The notes under the pieces: generated by a model | The model's input: the letters and a program-made list of their open reading frames with translations, nothing else | Databases searched by the model: none | What the model was told of the DNA's origin: nothing | In this document: one piece after another, positions 44,547 to 56,511 of the stretch | Layout of the letters: each line of letters starts with the position of its first letter | Position numbering within the stretch: position 1 is the stretch's first letter | Made by a program: the position numbers and the translations under genes | DNA from: the human T2T-CHM13v2.0 reference genome, Homo sapiens | NCBI RefSeq assembly: GCF_009914755.1 | Contig: NC_060948.1 | Direction: 5' to 3' (one strand) | DNA length: 64,000 nucleotides

Positions 44547-45425
44547 TACTGTGGGATCTGGCCAGCAGCCCACAATGCAATGGGGCTCTTTCTTTGTTCC
44601 CAGGCAGATCAGCAGGTCGAGAAATAAAAGACACACACAAGATAGTGAAAGCTTTGTTCAGGGGGGTAACCACATTCTGGTTCTGTGATGTCACCAATGC
44701 AGTGGATATAACAGCATTTTTTATTAAGTTTAGTGAGGGTGGAGGTAGGTTCCTGAGGGATTTAGGATCATTTGATTATGAGGTGAGATTGTCACATGGG
44801 GATGAAGTAATTCTTTAACATAGCATCGGTATGTATGCAGAAGTACAGTATACAGAGATAGGAATTTACAATGTAATGTGTGCATCAGCAATTTCTAACA
44901 GAGCCTTAAAACAGAAACACAGTCTTTCCATAACCTGTGATTAGTAAGATATTAATCAGCCATAATAGTTGCAGCAAAAGCTGTTTGCAAACAATCAATG
45001 GAAGCAGGACGTGAAGCTAGACAACCAGTTAGATCATAAATTCTCAGACGGGAGTATGCCTTAACCCTAAAGAGCAATAAGAGAGCCATGGCAAAATAAG
45101 GGCATTTATAGCCCTGTCTTATCCATATGAACAGGTGCCCATCATGCATTCATTTATGGGCTTTCCACACAAGGGTCTCATTCCATTCCCAGAGCTATGA
45201 ACATCTGCTTTTCTGGGTAGGAATCTTGGTGATGTGAAACCTCCCTGACTGCACGTCTGTTTACAGGCTCTTTGCAGGCGGAAGCACATCACATGCTGTT
45301 GGCTCATTCTGGCAGCCCAACTTGGCATTTTATTTACACAATCATGCATGTAATTTTGTATTTACAATAATCAGGAACATTTCATCTTTTATGTCATGGA
45401 AATAGTTTCAGGGGGTCTCCCTACA
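44547..45425 (-). mobile_element. 3' LTR (MER11D-like)
   Basis: Direct repeat of 52981-53859; begins TGTAGGGAG on the minus strand directly after the PPT. Confidence 0.93.
44720..44725 (-). promoter_or_regulatory. Candidate LTR polyadenylation signal AATAAA (similar position in the 5' LTR, 53152-53157)
   Basis: AATAAA lies ~175 bp before the LTR 3' end and is followed by a GT-rich tract (tgtgtgtgtcttttatt). Function is inferred from position only. Confidence 0.45.
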
Positions 45426-47500
45426 TCTCCCCCTTTTCTCTGATTTAAATGAAGCACAGCAATCATAGCTTGGCACTGATCATGATTGGATTGAAGAATT
45501 TTTTTTCCAATTTTATTCATGAACAATAAACCAATAGCATAAATTATACACAGAAGAAAATTAATGATGGTGGGTACTCCAAAAGATTTTATCCATTGAA
45601 TTAGGTAGAGATTAGATAACCTCTCAGAGATACGGTCTAAAACTTTAGCACCAGATAAAGCAGTTAACTGTGTCTGAGAGGTCTCAAAAATCTGTTCTTT
45701 TAGCTTGCTCCTGTCCACACTTAAAGTATCTTCACTTCCTTGAAAATGGTATTTTACTGATTCCCAATTGTGAACACATTATATCTCCCATCCATATAAT
45801 AGTTTGTCTTAGATCATTAATTTGATTGACCAATTTTTTATCAACACCTGAGTGAGAATTCTACATCTGAGTAGATTTTTTTGCCATTTATCCACAAAAT
45901 GAACAGTTTGAATAGATTGATGTAATGCAACCCCAGCAGTAGCAGCAGTCACAGTAACAGCAATCAAACCCATTATTACTGCCATTAATGTAAAAATAAA
46001 TTGTTTACTCCTTTTAAGAATTTCTGTAGAATATTTTTAATAACATGTATAGAAGGGGAAGATTCCCAAGGCCTATGTAAGACTACAGGGAGCCAAATAC
46101 CATCTCTGGCTCTGATATTAAAATACTATGATATTGGTTAAAGGATGAGTTGATACAAGTATACAAGTAACAATTAACACAGGTAATCATGTTGTTTTTT
46201 TAACTAATATGCATCTTTCCTACTAATAACATATATGGTGGTTTAACACAACTTTTAAGAGGTATAGTTTTGTTAGACTCCGTATAGATAATATATGTAT
46301 TTTGGGATAGTACTTTTTTTTGTGAATGTGGGATGTGGGGAATACGTTGTATGGGAGGTGGTGGGGGGACATTAGCAATGGGGGGTATAAGTCCTCATAA
46401 TCTTCACTGTCCCATCTTTGAATTGACCTTCTGATGATTGCCATAGTGATATTTTTGGCTGTGTGGGGATAATAGTGTGAATCAATTTGTTGTATTAGTT
46501 TTTTAGGTGACAAGGTAGATTTACTTATAACACTTTCCCCAGCCCAAACTCTGATACTAGTCATAGCTATGGTTAATCTTCATAATTCTGAATGTTCAGC
46601 TCCTAAGTGGGGATCAATAAGCCTTGGCTTTAGAGGGGCAACCCCTGCCCCTTTCCATTTAAAAGGAATAAAGTAGTTAAATTTATGATATAATAGGGGA
46701 GGCTTGTCACTAATTTTTGTTGAGTAATATCATAGAGAAAATGTTGACAATCTCTGTGACCTTGAGAACAGTCACTAGTAATATGATCTTTTGAGGCCCA
46801 ATCAGCAATGGTGTAGTGAGAAAAATTGAATAGCACACTTCCTTCTGGACTAACACAATCCTTCCATATTAATTTGTCAGCATTTGGAGACAAGTTGAGA
46901 GGACACACAGGTCCTAATTCTTATATTGGGAATATAATCAGCAAATACTATTTTGATCTGCCTTAGAAGTTTTATTGAGAGACCTCATACCAACCGTCCT
47001 AAAGGATGGACAGAGTGACCAGATGGTAGTGTGACCACCCAAGTTTGAATATCTAATGAGAGATATCCATTAGTGGGTCCTAGGCACAAAGGTGGATACC
47101 TAAAACCTAAAGTGATATTAAAAGGGATTCCTTCTTCTGAAGTTTGGGCAGGACAATGATCATCTATAGGACCAGGCATCCAAATACTATCATTAATGCA
47201 GACCGTGAGAGGAGCATCCATCCATGTCACAGCTCAAATACGAGAAGGAAAAGGAATATAGGCCCAATATGTATACTTTCGACAGTCTGTGGAGTGACAG
47301 AGTGTAGAAGCATCAGTGTCATCAGGAGGAGGCAGAGGTTGAGATGAACCTGGATCACTGAAGAAGAGTTGTTCAGGATGTCTGACTGGAATGTCTGTTA
47401 TAAAGGAGTTAGCATGATTATTTTTTTCTTTTTGACATTGGATGTGTTAGTTGTTTCCTGCTTTGGTGTTTTCTCAGCAAATGCCTCTACCTTGTTGTTG
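45389..47500 (-). pseudogene. env: env (SU+TM), disrupted
   Basis: YWAYIPFP, NDSIWMPGP, YPPLCLG, CVKPPYMLLVG, the LKRSKQ|[15 protein letters not shown] cleavage site and fusion peptide, [22 protein letters not shown] and RKGGDVG. Many stops and frameshifts; the 5' boundary is approximate. Confidence 0.9.
45426..45440 (-). other. Polypurine tract
   Basis: GAGAAAAGGGGGAGA immediately precedes the 3' LTR on the minus strand. Confidence 0.9.
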
Positions 47501-50057
47501 CATGCATCTTCAGTACAAAACTTCAGGTGTCTAGTAGGAATCCAAACAGGAGATTGATGTTCACCTGGGGAAACACAAGCATAGTGTCTTCCCCACGTTA
47601 AAATAGAGACTTTTGAACATATATTAGATTAAACATCTTTCCACCATACTTTCCATCCTTGGTTTACTGTGGGATGGTTACCAGAGAAATGTTTTTCAGC
47701 AGTGGTAACCAAACTGGATTTAGGAATATTAAGAAAATTTAATGTGAACAATGCCAAGTTTAGTTGTACGTGAGTGGTAGACAACTCCTTATCCCCTTCT
47801 TTTTGTTTCAGTAATTGTAATTTTAAAGTTCTGTTACTTCTTTCTACAATAGCTTGACCTTGTGGGTTATAAGGAATACCAGTAATATGTTTAATATGCC
47901 ACTGATCAAAAAAAAATTTTAAAGGCTTTACTGCAATAGGCTGGACCATTGTCTGTTTTGAGCTCTAGGAATTCCCATAACTGGAAAACATGAAAACATG
48001 TTTTTTAGTGTAAGAAGAGGCTTCTCCTATTTGACGGATAGCCCAGATGAAATTGGAAATGGTGTCAACTGTGACATGCATATAAGCTAATTTTCCAAAA
48101 GAAGGAACATAAGTAACATCCATTTGCCAAATAGCATTAGGAGAAAGGCCTCGAGGATTAAGTCAGGGAGGTTGTGTGGGTAAGACAAGAACTTGACATT
48201 GAGAACTGTGTTGTACAATTTGTTTAGCTTGTTTCCAACTGAAAGAATATTTATGTTTAAGACCTGAGAGATTAGTATGAGTGAGTTGATGAAATTGTTC
48301 TGCATCTGTAATGGCTAGAGAAACTAGAGTATCAACTTTATGATAACCACTGGATAAAGGTCCGGGCAAATTAGTATGAGAACAATTGTGAATGATGAAA
48401 AAAGGGTGGTTTCAGTTTCTGACAGTTTTTTTGTAAGAAAGAGAACAAGGAAAACAGATTAGTGTCAGCAATATTTTTGATGGTAGCTATTTCTATTGCC
48501 TTAGTGGCATGGACTACAGAAGCTGAGTCAGAGACATTAAGAGGCTGATCAAAATCCTGTAATTCAGAGATGACAGCAAACAACTTGGCTTTTTGAGCAG
48601 AAGTATATGGAGTAGAAATGACTTTATTTTTGGTCCTACACACCCTGCCTTTCCATTACTGGATCCATCAGTAAAAATGGTAACGGCTTCCTCTAGTGGT
48701 GATGAACGAGTAAGTTTTGGTAGAATCCAGGAAGTATTTCATAGAAATTGAAAGAATTTGGACTTAGGCAAATGATTATCAATAGTGCCAATGAAGTCAA
48801 CCAGATTAGTCTGCGAGCACAAAGATGTAGAAAAGGCATTTTTGACTTCATCTTTTGACAAAAGGACTACAGTAATATTTGGATAAAAGCCAGAAATTGT
48901 AGTGATATGTTGAGGTCCTACCCCAATTAAAGTGACCATTTGATCAAGATATATTGAAAGAGTTTCAGGGGCTGAATGAGGAAGAAATACCCATTCAACT
49001 AGAGAATCATATAATACTTATAATACTATAAGTCCCACAGGAGAGTGGATGGAAGGAAAAAACTAAAAATTATAAATACAACTTTGGGTCAATATTAGAG
49101 ACTTGTGCCTCTCTCACTAATTGTCCTACAAAAGGCAACTCTTGTTTTGCTGGTTCAGATAGAGTGAGGACTGTTTAAATTTGCATCTCCTGATAAAGTG
49201 GCAAATAGATGAGATAATGCATAAGTAGGGATGGCTAGGGTTGGTCTGAGATAATTGATGTCACCTAGTAATTTTTGAAAATCATTTAAGGTGTTTAAAT
49301 TGTCAGTACGAAGTTTGACTTTTTGGGGCTTAATGAAGAAAGCTTCTAGATGCATTCCTAAGGACAGAAAAGGAGTGACTTGTTGAATTTTATCAGGAGT
49401 GATGTAGAGTCCTGCTTTGGCAACAGCTAATTTCAAGAGGTAATTCAAGAGGTAAAACATTGAATTACTTCACCTTTAGTGGGAACAGCAATCAGTATAT
49501 CTTCCATATAGTGAAGAATGTAATTATTTTAAAGTCTGTAGGATAGGTCGTAACACAGTACCAACAAACAACTAACAAATAGTAGGACTGTTAATCATTC
49601 CTTGAGGTAAAACTTTCCATTGATATCTAGCTGCAGGATGTGAATTGTTAATGGAAGGTATAGTGAGAGCAAATTTTTCAGTCTGACTTGTCTAAAGGAA
49701 TATGGAAAAAGCAGTCCTTAAGGTCAATGATAATTAACGGCCATTCCTTAGGAATCATGAAGTGGGGGGACATATCGGGTTGTAACACCCCCAGAGGTTT
49801 AATAACTGCATTAACAGCTCTGAAGTCTGTTACCGTCCTCCAATTTCCTGACTTTTTTTGGTACAACAAATACATGGGAGTTCAATGGAAACAGGAAGGT
49901 CTCAATAGCGTTCGCTTGTAGTAAATCATTAACAACTTCAATTAAGGCCTCCAACTTGTGTTTGGAAAGAGGCCACTGCTCTACCCAAACAGGTGACTCA
50001 CACATTCATTGTAAAGGGATTGGTGGGGGAGGCATAGCAGTGACAGCACCTAAAAAG
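47300..50057 (-). pseudogene. pol: pol (RT, RNase H, integrase), disrupted
   Basis: [34 protein letters not shown] (YMDD site), [45 protein letters not shown] and NPQGQAIVERSNRTLK. The 3' boundary is approximate. Confidence 0.93.
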
Positions 50058-51000
50058 TGTATCAAATTCCTGATTTATTAAGTTTTGGGAGGGTTCCAAG
50101 GGCTCTTCAATTCCCTCTCCTTTAATTCCCAATCTTTTTCCAGGAACAAAATTCATTTTATATATCACGTTTTTGCTAGCTTCACTATAATTTGATAAGT
50201 GGATAGATACTTCAGTCCCCCATTGTTGTAGTAAGTCATGTCCCTGTAAGTTTACGGTAATTGGAGTGATAAAAGGTTGAATAGTGCAAATTTGGTCATC
50301 AGGTCCTGTAGAAGGAAGCATAAGAGAACTTCCATATATGTCAAATGACTTTCCAACTCCTACTAAATTAGTTGAAGAGGGCTGTTTGGGCCAAGAGAAA
50401 GGCCACTGATTAGCAATGTTTATAGAAAGATCAGCCCCCGTGTTGACTAAACTTTCAAACATTTTTCCGGAAATTTTAATACTACAGTTGCAGTGGCAGA
50501 TTCTGCGGAGGGGCACAGTGCAGGGAGAAGTAGTAATTGAGCAATGCTTTCTCCTGGTTCAATGAAAATGGGAGATTTGGTAGAAATAACCAAATTTCAT
50601 CTGTAGTGTTGGCAAGTATAAGGCCAGGCCACTATGAACAATTACACCTTTTGAGGCTAATGAAGCCCCGCCAAGAATTAAGCCAATATAACCTTTAGGT
50701 AAAGGCCCTTTAGCTCCAGTCAAGCAAGGACGGGTTGTTCTCCAGGGAGTAAGGGCAAAGGGAGAGTACTACACAAATCTATTGAGCCCTATCCTGTGGT
50801 GGAGGTGGACAGGCATTGTACTGGGACAGGAGGAGGGGGTAATTGGCACTGGGTTGTGGGTATTGAATTTGAGGTAATGTCTGTGGCACTGTTTGTACTT
50901 GAATCTGTGGCTTCACTGGTGCAGTTATAGGGGTAGCCTCAGGGAGGAGTAAATGAAACCCCGGAGCCCAGATCCCAGGCTGGCTCCTCCCCCGGTTTCC
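50050..51000 (-). pseudogene. pro: pro (dUTPase, aspartic protease, G-patch), disrupted
   Basis: GPLPKGYIGLILG and AQLLLLP (dUTPase), FESLVNTGADLS (DTG changed to NTG), NLQGHDLL, and KMNFVPGKRLG (G-patch). Ends at TTTTTAG, 50050. Confidence 0.9.
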
Positions 51001-52819
51001 CTGTAGTGGAACAGGAGTAGAAACAGTGTTGGCCACATTAAAGGAGGAAAGGGATTACCGCTTATATCGAATTTAGATCGACAAGAATTCATCGAATGTT
51101 TACGTTTTTTACATTGTGGGCAAACAGTAGCAGGTACTCTCTGTAAATCTGGAGTTTGTGGAGCAGGTTGTTGGGGGTTAGCATTAAGAAAAGGGCAAGA
51201 TTTTTTTAAGTGTTCTACTCCCATACATTTATAACAAGTACTAGGGAAAGTATTGGGCACACATGTTGCAGGAACACTAGGAATAACAGCAGCCACTTTT
51301 AAGGACGAAGTCATGGCTTGAGCCCTGAGCACAGCTTTATGAATTTCAGAACCAGTGCCATCACAGGCTCTAATGTAGGAAGGAATTATGGCATAATCAG
51401 GTATGTTTTGAGTCTTATGATGTAATGGTGATATGGCAGCCAGACACTCAATATTAGCATTTTCAAACACAATACGTCGGATAACCACATCTCTTGCTCT
51501 AGTATCAGAAATAGCCTTTTCAGCAGGATCTTTGAGTTGAGACGGGAAATCATGATAGGGTTCAGAAGGACCTGGATTAACAGCATTAAAAGATAAAGGG
51601 GTCTTGCCTGCATCTTGAATACGTTCCGATGCTCGTAAACACACTTGAGTAACCTGAGTTACAATATGTTGATAATATTCCAGTTGTCAAGCAAGAGTAT
51701 TTCACAAATCACTAGTACCCATAAGCATAGCATAAAACCCTTCAGTCCCATTTTCAGAATTTATAGAAGTTTGAATCATGGCCTCTTCTGACCATCATGT
51801 CTTAAACGGTAGGAATAGAGAAGGGGTAAGAGAAGCATGAACTAACAAATTCCAATCAATAGGAACAAGCTGTTTTTCAGTAGTAAGGGAATGTAGAACA
51901 GTTTTGACATAAGGAGAATTTGGTCTATATTGATCACAAGCAGATTTAAAATCTTTAAGGAGTTGCAAAGAGAAAGGTTCATAATATCGCTGGCCTTTAA
52001 CAGTGCCATTGCCCCACTCTCCTGTACCCTCAGATTTAAGGACTATGGCTATGGGGAACTGCCAGGCATCCAAACCACAAGAAGCCCTAGCTCTACCCAT
52101 CACCTTCTGAATACAAGTGTAGACAGGTCTATCAGGGCAGAGGAAAGGAGAGAAGGAGAGCAAAGGCGCCGGGAGGTAGACGGGGGGAAGCAGGATTCCA
52201 AGCCTCTGAAAGAAAGGATCCCAGAGCGTTGAAAGAAACAGTAGGCTTAGAAGAGGGGAGAGGTCCAAATGGATGAGAGGAACAAGAAACAGGCCGTTCA
52301 GATGAATACCAAACATCCTCCTCTGGCAGAGGGGGCAACAGATTACTAGAAGAAAAGTTAACATATACAGGTTCCAAGATAGGCAGAGGGAGGGGATCAT
52401 CACCAGGTACTTACTCTTAGGGAGAAAACAAGGAGACATTTAATTCCTCCTCATGATCAGAAGGAAGACTAGTAGGGGAATCAGGTACCCAAGTAAAAGG
52501 AGTGGCTGATCATCGGAGTTAACTTTTGGCAGTTGAAGAGGATCACCAGACAGAAAAGGAAGTAAAGAAACATGAATAAGAGACCTGTCAGTCCAGACAG
52601 AAATATGAAGTACACCATCTCTCATGAGTTGTTGGAGTGTGGCATCAACTCTATCACAGTTTAACAGGTCCATAAAACCTTTGTCAGGGAACCAAGAACA
52701 ATGTTTTTCAATAGTCTGAAATAAGAGCATATGGTTATTGGAATCAGCCTTGATTCCACCCTGTTTAAGAAGTTAATAAAAGACAGATAAGCCTGGTGTT
52801 TAGACTGTGATTGCCCCGT
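50779..52819 (-). pseudogene. gag: gag (MA-CA-NC), disrupted; start codon reads ACG
   Basis: (ACG)GQSQSKHQAYLSFI, IEKHCSWFPDKG, LLKDFKSACDQYRPNSPY, MHR-like PGPSEPYHDF, FENANIEC, and two CX2CX4HX4C knuckles (CYKCMGVEHLKKSC, CPQCKKRKHSMNSC). Confidence 0.92.
50995..51001 (-). promoter_or_regulatory. Putative gag-pro -1 frameshift slippery heptamer GGGAAAC
   Basis: X XXY YYZ heptamer just after the second zinc knuckle and followed by a GC-rich stretch; same heptamer type and position as in betaretroviruses such as MPMV/SRV-1. Confidence 0.65.
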
Positions 52820-52960
52820 GATAACCCTGGAACAATACCAGTCAACAAACCCAAAAGGAGGGGAGGGTCGGAAAAGGCATACCTGGAGACCTTACAGTCG
52901 AGACTGAAGACTAGTCATCAGGAAACCCCACTCAGAGTGCACTGAGCCAAGGAACAAAGA

Positions 52961-52978
52961 AGGCCATGTTAGGTGCGA
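52961..52978 (-). other. Degenerate primer-binding site, tRNA-Lys-like
   Basis: TCGCACCTAACATGGCCT lies two bases after the 5' LTR. It matches TGGCGCCCAACGTGGGGC at 11 of the first 15 positions, and two mismatches are at CpG sites. Confidence 0.65.
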
Positions 52979-52980
52979 GA

Positions 52981-53859
52981 TATTGTGGGATCTGGCCAGC
53001 AGCCCGAAATGCAACAGGGGCTCTTTCTTTGTTTCCAGGTGGATCGGCAGGTCGAGAAATAAAAGACACACACAAGATAGTGAAAGCTGGGTTCAGGGGG
53101 GTCACCGTCTTCTGGTCCTGTGATGCTGCCAATGCACTGGATATACCAGCATTTATTATTAAGTTTAGTGAGGGTGGGGGTAGGTTAGTGAGGGATTTAG
53201 CATCATTTGATTATGAGGTGAGATGGTCACATGGGGATGAAGTAATTCTTTAACATAGCATTGGTATGTATGCAGAAGTACAGTATACGAAGATAAAAAA
53301 TTTACAATATAGTGTATGCATCAGCAATTTCTAACAGAGACTTAAAACAGAAACACAGTCTTTCCATAACCTGTGATCAGCAAGATATTAATCAGCAATA
53401 ACAGTGGCAGCAAAAGCTGGTTGCAAAGAATCAATGGAATCAGGACGTGAAGCTAGACAACTAGTTAGACCACAAATTCTCAGAAGGGAGTATGCCTTAA
53501 CCCTAAAGAGGATTAGAAGAGCCATGGCAAGATAAGGGCATTTATAACTCTATCTTATCCATATGAGCAGGCGCCCCTCATCATCCACTTATAGACTCTC
53601 AACAAAGGTCTCATTCCATTCCCAGAGCTATGAACATCTGCTTTTCTGGGGTAGGAATCTTGGTGATGTGAAACCTCCCTGACTGCACATCTGTTTATAG
53701 GCTCTCTGCAGGGGGAAGCACATTACGACCTGTTGGCTCATTCTGGTAGCCCAACCTGGCATTGTCTTTACACAATCCTGCATGTAATTTTGGATTTACA
53801 ATTATCAGGAGCATTTCATCTTTTATGCCATAGCAATAGTTTCAGGGAGGCTCCCTAGA
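52981..53859 (-). mobile_element. 5' LTR (MER11D-like)
   Basis: Direct repeat of 44547-45425 adjacent to the PBS; the terminal TG is mutated (TCTAGGGAG). Confidence 0.93.
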
Positions 53860-56016
53860 TAACATGTTTTCTCGGTCATTGCATGACACACTCTACAACA
53901 TCCAAAGGCTTTATGCAACATGCATGAAATTTGCAATCCATTCTGAGGCCTACATGCCCCTGTTGACTCACAATCTTACATGTTGCTTTAAACCCAGTTA
54001 CGATAGTCAACATCTCTCTTGTAGGCTGGGCTCAGACAGGAGACCCATTATAATGCCTGTGATCTTGGTCCAGAAATGAGTCACCATCTGAATTGTAGCA
54101 AGACACACATATGAAAGTCATAATTCCATCTTTGTACTTTATTTACTTGTTAGACTGAAGGCTTTAATAGTGGTCTTTGTAAATATGGGATGCTGAAAAC
54201 TTTATCTCTCACCCGCATGTGTAATCAAGAGTCACAATCTTCTTTTGCTGCACCCTGTTATAAAACTCCATGTACCGGCCAAAAAGTTAACAATATGAAT
54301 TACTGCTGCAAATTTCTGTAAGCTTCATGCAAATATGCCACTCATAACCTTACCTATTGCCCTAAGTGTAGCGATGACAGGCAAAATATCTACTATTGGT
54401 GGAATTCCAATATAAGTTTGTTTATTGTGCCTTTGAAATGAAGCAAGGTAAATTTCAAAATCCCATCTGTAGAAAAAAACTTGGCAGGAGGGTAGCACAA
54501 TTTAGGTGCTGTGCCAAGCAATATGTCACAATGTCCTCTCTAGGCACACTCTAGAAGTGAGGGTTACATTACATTGATGCTGTACCCAGCTATGTGACAC
54601 AATCCAAAATGTGGAACAAAAAATAACCCCAGACAAATGATGAAACCAAAAACACCTACTGAATGGGTCTATAATATGTAAAAATACTTTATATTGCTCT
54701 GGCACAGGAAGGAGTGCTACATCATCAGGCTTAGGGGCCCAGCAATATGACATAATTGTCTCTTTATGCAGGACCCAGGCAGAAGCAGAAGATTATCTGG
54801 GTGCTGGGCCCTGCAATACATCAAAAATCTTTTCCTTGGGCATGGTTGGGGAAAAAAAGAAGCGTCATAGTACCTAAGTATTCAGCTTAGCAATATGTCA
54901 AATCACCCTATTGTAAAGACTCAGGCAGAAGAAAAGATTCACATCACTTAAGAACAGACTCAGATATATGACCCAATGTTTCAAGGAGGCAGTGTTCAGG
55001 CAGAAGGGAAGAGTCATATCATGTAGATGATGCCCTAGGTATATAACACAGTCTAACATGTGAGGTGAAAGCTGGCAAAGGAGCCTCATCACCTTGATGC
55101 TGGCTCTTGAGATATATCACACAAAGTTCCCTTAAGACAGTACCCACACAAAACATTACAACAGTTGCAGTTTGTACCATTATGTCACAATGCTCCATGT
55201 GGGCAGGGCTCAGAAAGTAGTCACATCATCTAGATAACAGGCCAGAAATACATCAAAATATCTTTCTAAGGCATGGCCCTGACAAAAGAGTACCATCCCC
55301 TGTTTGTCAAGCGTAGTAATAAGTCACTATCCAGGTAAGCAGGGCTCAAGCAGTGAAGCAACATCATCTAACTGTTAGTGTCAGAAATTTGTCACAATGC
55401 CATCTTTAGGACATGGCCCTAGTAAAAGATTACTGTCATCTATGTGGCTGACTGAGCCGTATGATACTATTCCCCACTGTACGAAGGGTCCATTACCATG
55501 AGTAGAGCTGCATCACCTAAGTAGTTGACACAGCAATATGTCACAATGATTTCTGTGGGAATGGCTCAGGCAAAAGTGTAACATGACTCGTGTGCTGGAC
55601 CTAGTGATATGTCATGACTGTTACTTAGAGCAGGGCCCAGGCAGGAGAGTCATATCACCAAGAGGTTGGCCCAGGTAGAAATAACAGTATCATCCACAGG
55701 CTGGAACCAGTAAGAAGAGTCAAATCACACAGATGCTCAGCAAATATTTTTATCAAAATGACACTGGGAGAAAATTCCTGAAAGGAGAGTTACACTGCCA
55801 CACATGTCCTGTTTTCATGAATGACAGTTGGCTTCATATATTTCAGACAGTGACAGTCTTTCCTGTCAGCTGGGTGTGCATTCGAGACTCACAATTTCAT
55901 CATTCTGATGGATTATGTTATTACACTCTCTGTGCAAGCCAAGGGCTTTATAAGTTATCTGAGGCTGTTATAATCTTTAAACTTTTTTTTACCAGAAATA
56001 GATTTATTCACGCTTG

Positions 56017-56017
<1 letters not shown>

Positions 56018-56095
<78 letters not shown>

Positions 56096-56119
56096 CTTTC
56101 TTTCTGTCTTTTTTCTTTC

Positions 56120-56171
<52 letters not shown>

Positions 56172-56190
56172 TTTCTTTCTTTCTTTCTTT
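56018..56190 (+). repeat. Compound tetranucleotide microsatellite (CTTT)19-N27-(CTTT)13-TT-(CTTT)4
   Basis: Counted directly: 56018-56093, 56121-56172 and 56175-56190. It lies in the tail of the adjacent Alu. Confidence 0.95.
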
Positions 56191-56511
56191 CTTCCTTCTT
56201 TCTCTTTTCTTTTTTTATTATTTATTTATTTATTTTTAAGATGGAGTCTGTCACCCAGGCTGGAGTACAGTGGTGCAATCTCCACTCCCTGCAACCTCTG
56301 ACTCCCGGGTTCAAGTAATTTGCCTGCCTCAGCCTCCTGACTAATTTGGACTCCAGTAGCGCACCACCGTGCCCAGACACCTTTTTGTATTTTTAGCAGA
56401 GTGGAGTTTCACTATGTTGGTCAGTATGGTCTCAGTCTTTTGACCTCGTGCTCCACCTGACTCACCTTCCCAAAGTGGTGGGATTACAGGCCTGAGCCAC
56501 CATGACCAGCC
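56191..56511 (-). mobile_element. Alu (AluS) inserted in the beta-satellite array
   Basis: agatggagtctgtcacccaggctggagtacagtggtgcaatc...ggattacaggcctgagccaccatgaccagcc. Degenerate TSD attcac..tgt.tt at ~56006 and ~56513. Confidence 0.92.

Larger units (their letters stand above)
44547..53859 (-). mobile_element. Full-length defective HERV-K-class (betaretrovirus-like) provirus, probably HERVK11D / HML-7 with MER11D LTRs
   Basis: Two 879-bp direct repeats, TSD taacac/taacat, Lys-like PBS, PPT, and gag-dUTPase/pro-pol-env order on the minus strand. The family call rests on LTR length and the start TGTAGGGAGACCCCCTGAAACTATT. Confidence 0.93.

Noticed and set aside
45389-45425. env frame extending into the 3' LTR
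   Set aside because: Normal for HERV-K-type env, which ends within U3.
47300-47520. Possible rec/np9-like accessory exon at the pol-env boundary
   Set aside because: Apart from a Lys run encoded by a poly-A tract, I see no Rec-like Arg-rich motif or supportable splice sites.
52966-53253. Plus-strand ORF repeated at 44594..44818, suggesting a conserved antisense LTR protein
   Set aside because: The similarity follows from LTR duplication. The starts differ and there is no evidence of selection.
55733-56301. Phe/Leu/Ser-rich ORFs that look like membrane proteins
   Set aside because: Translation of the (CTTT)n microsatellite and the Alu.
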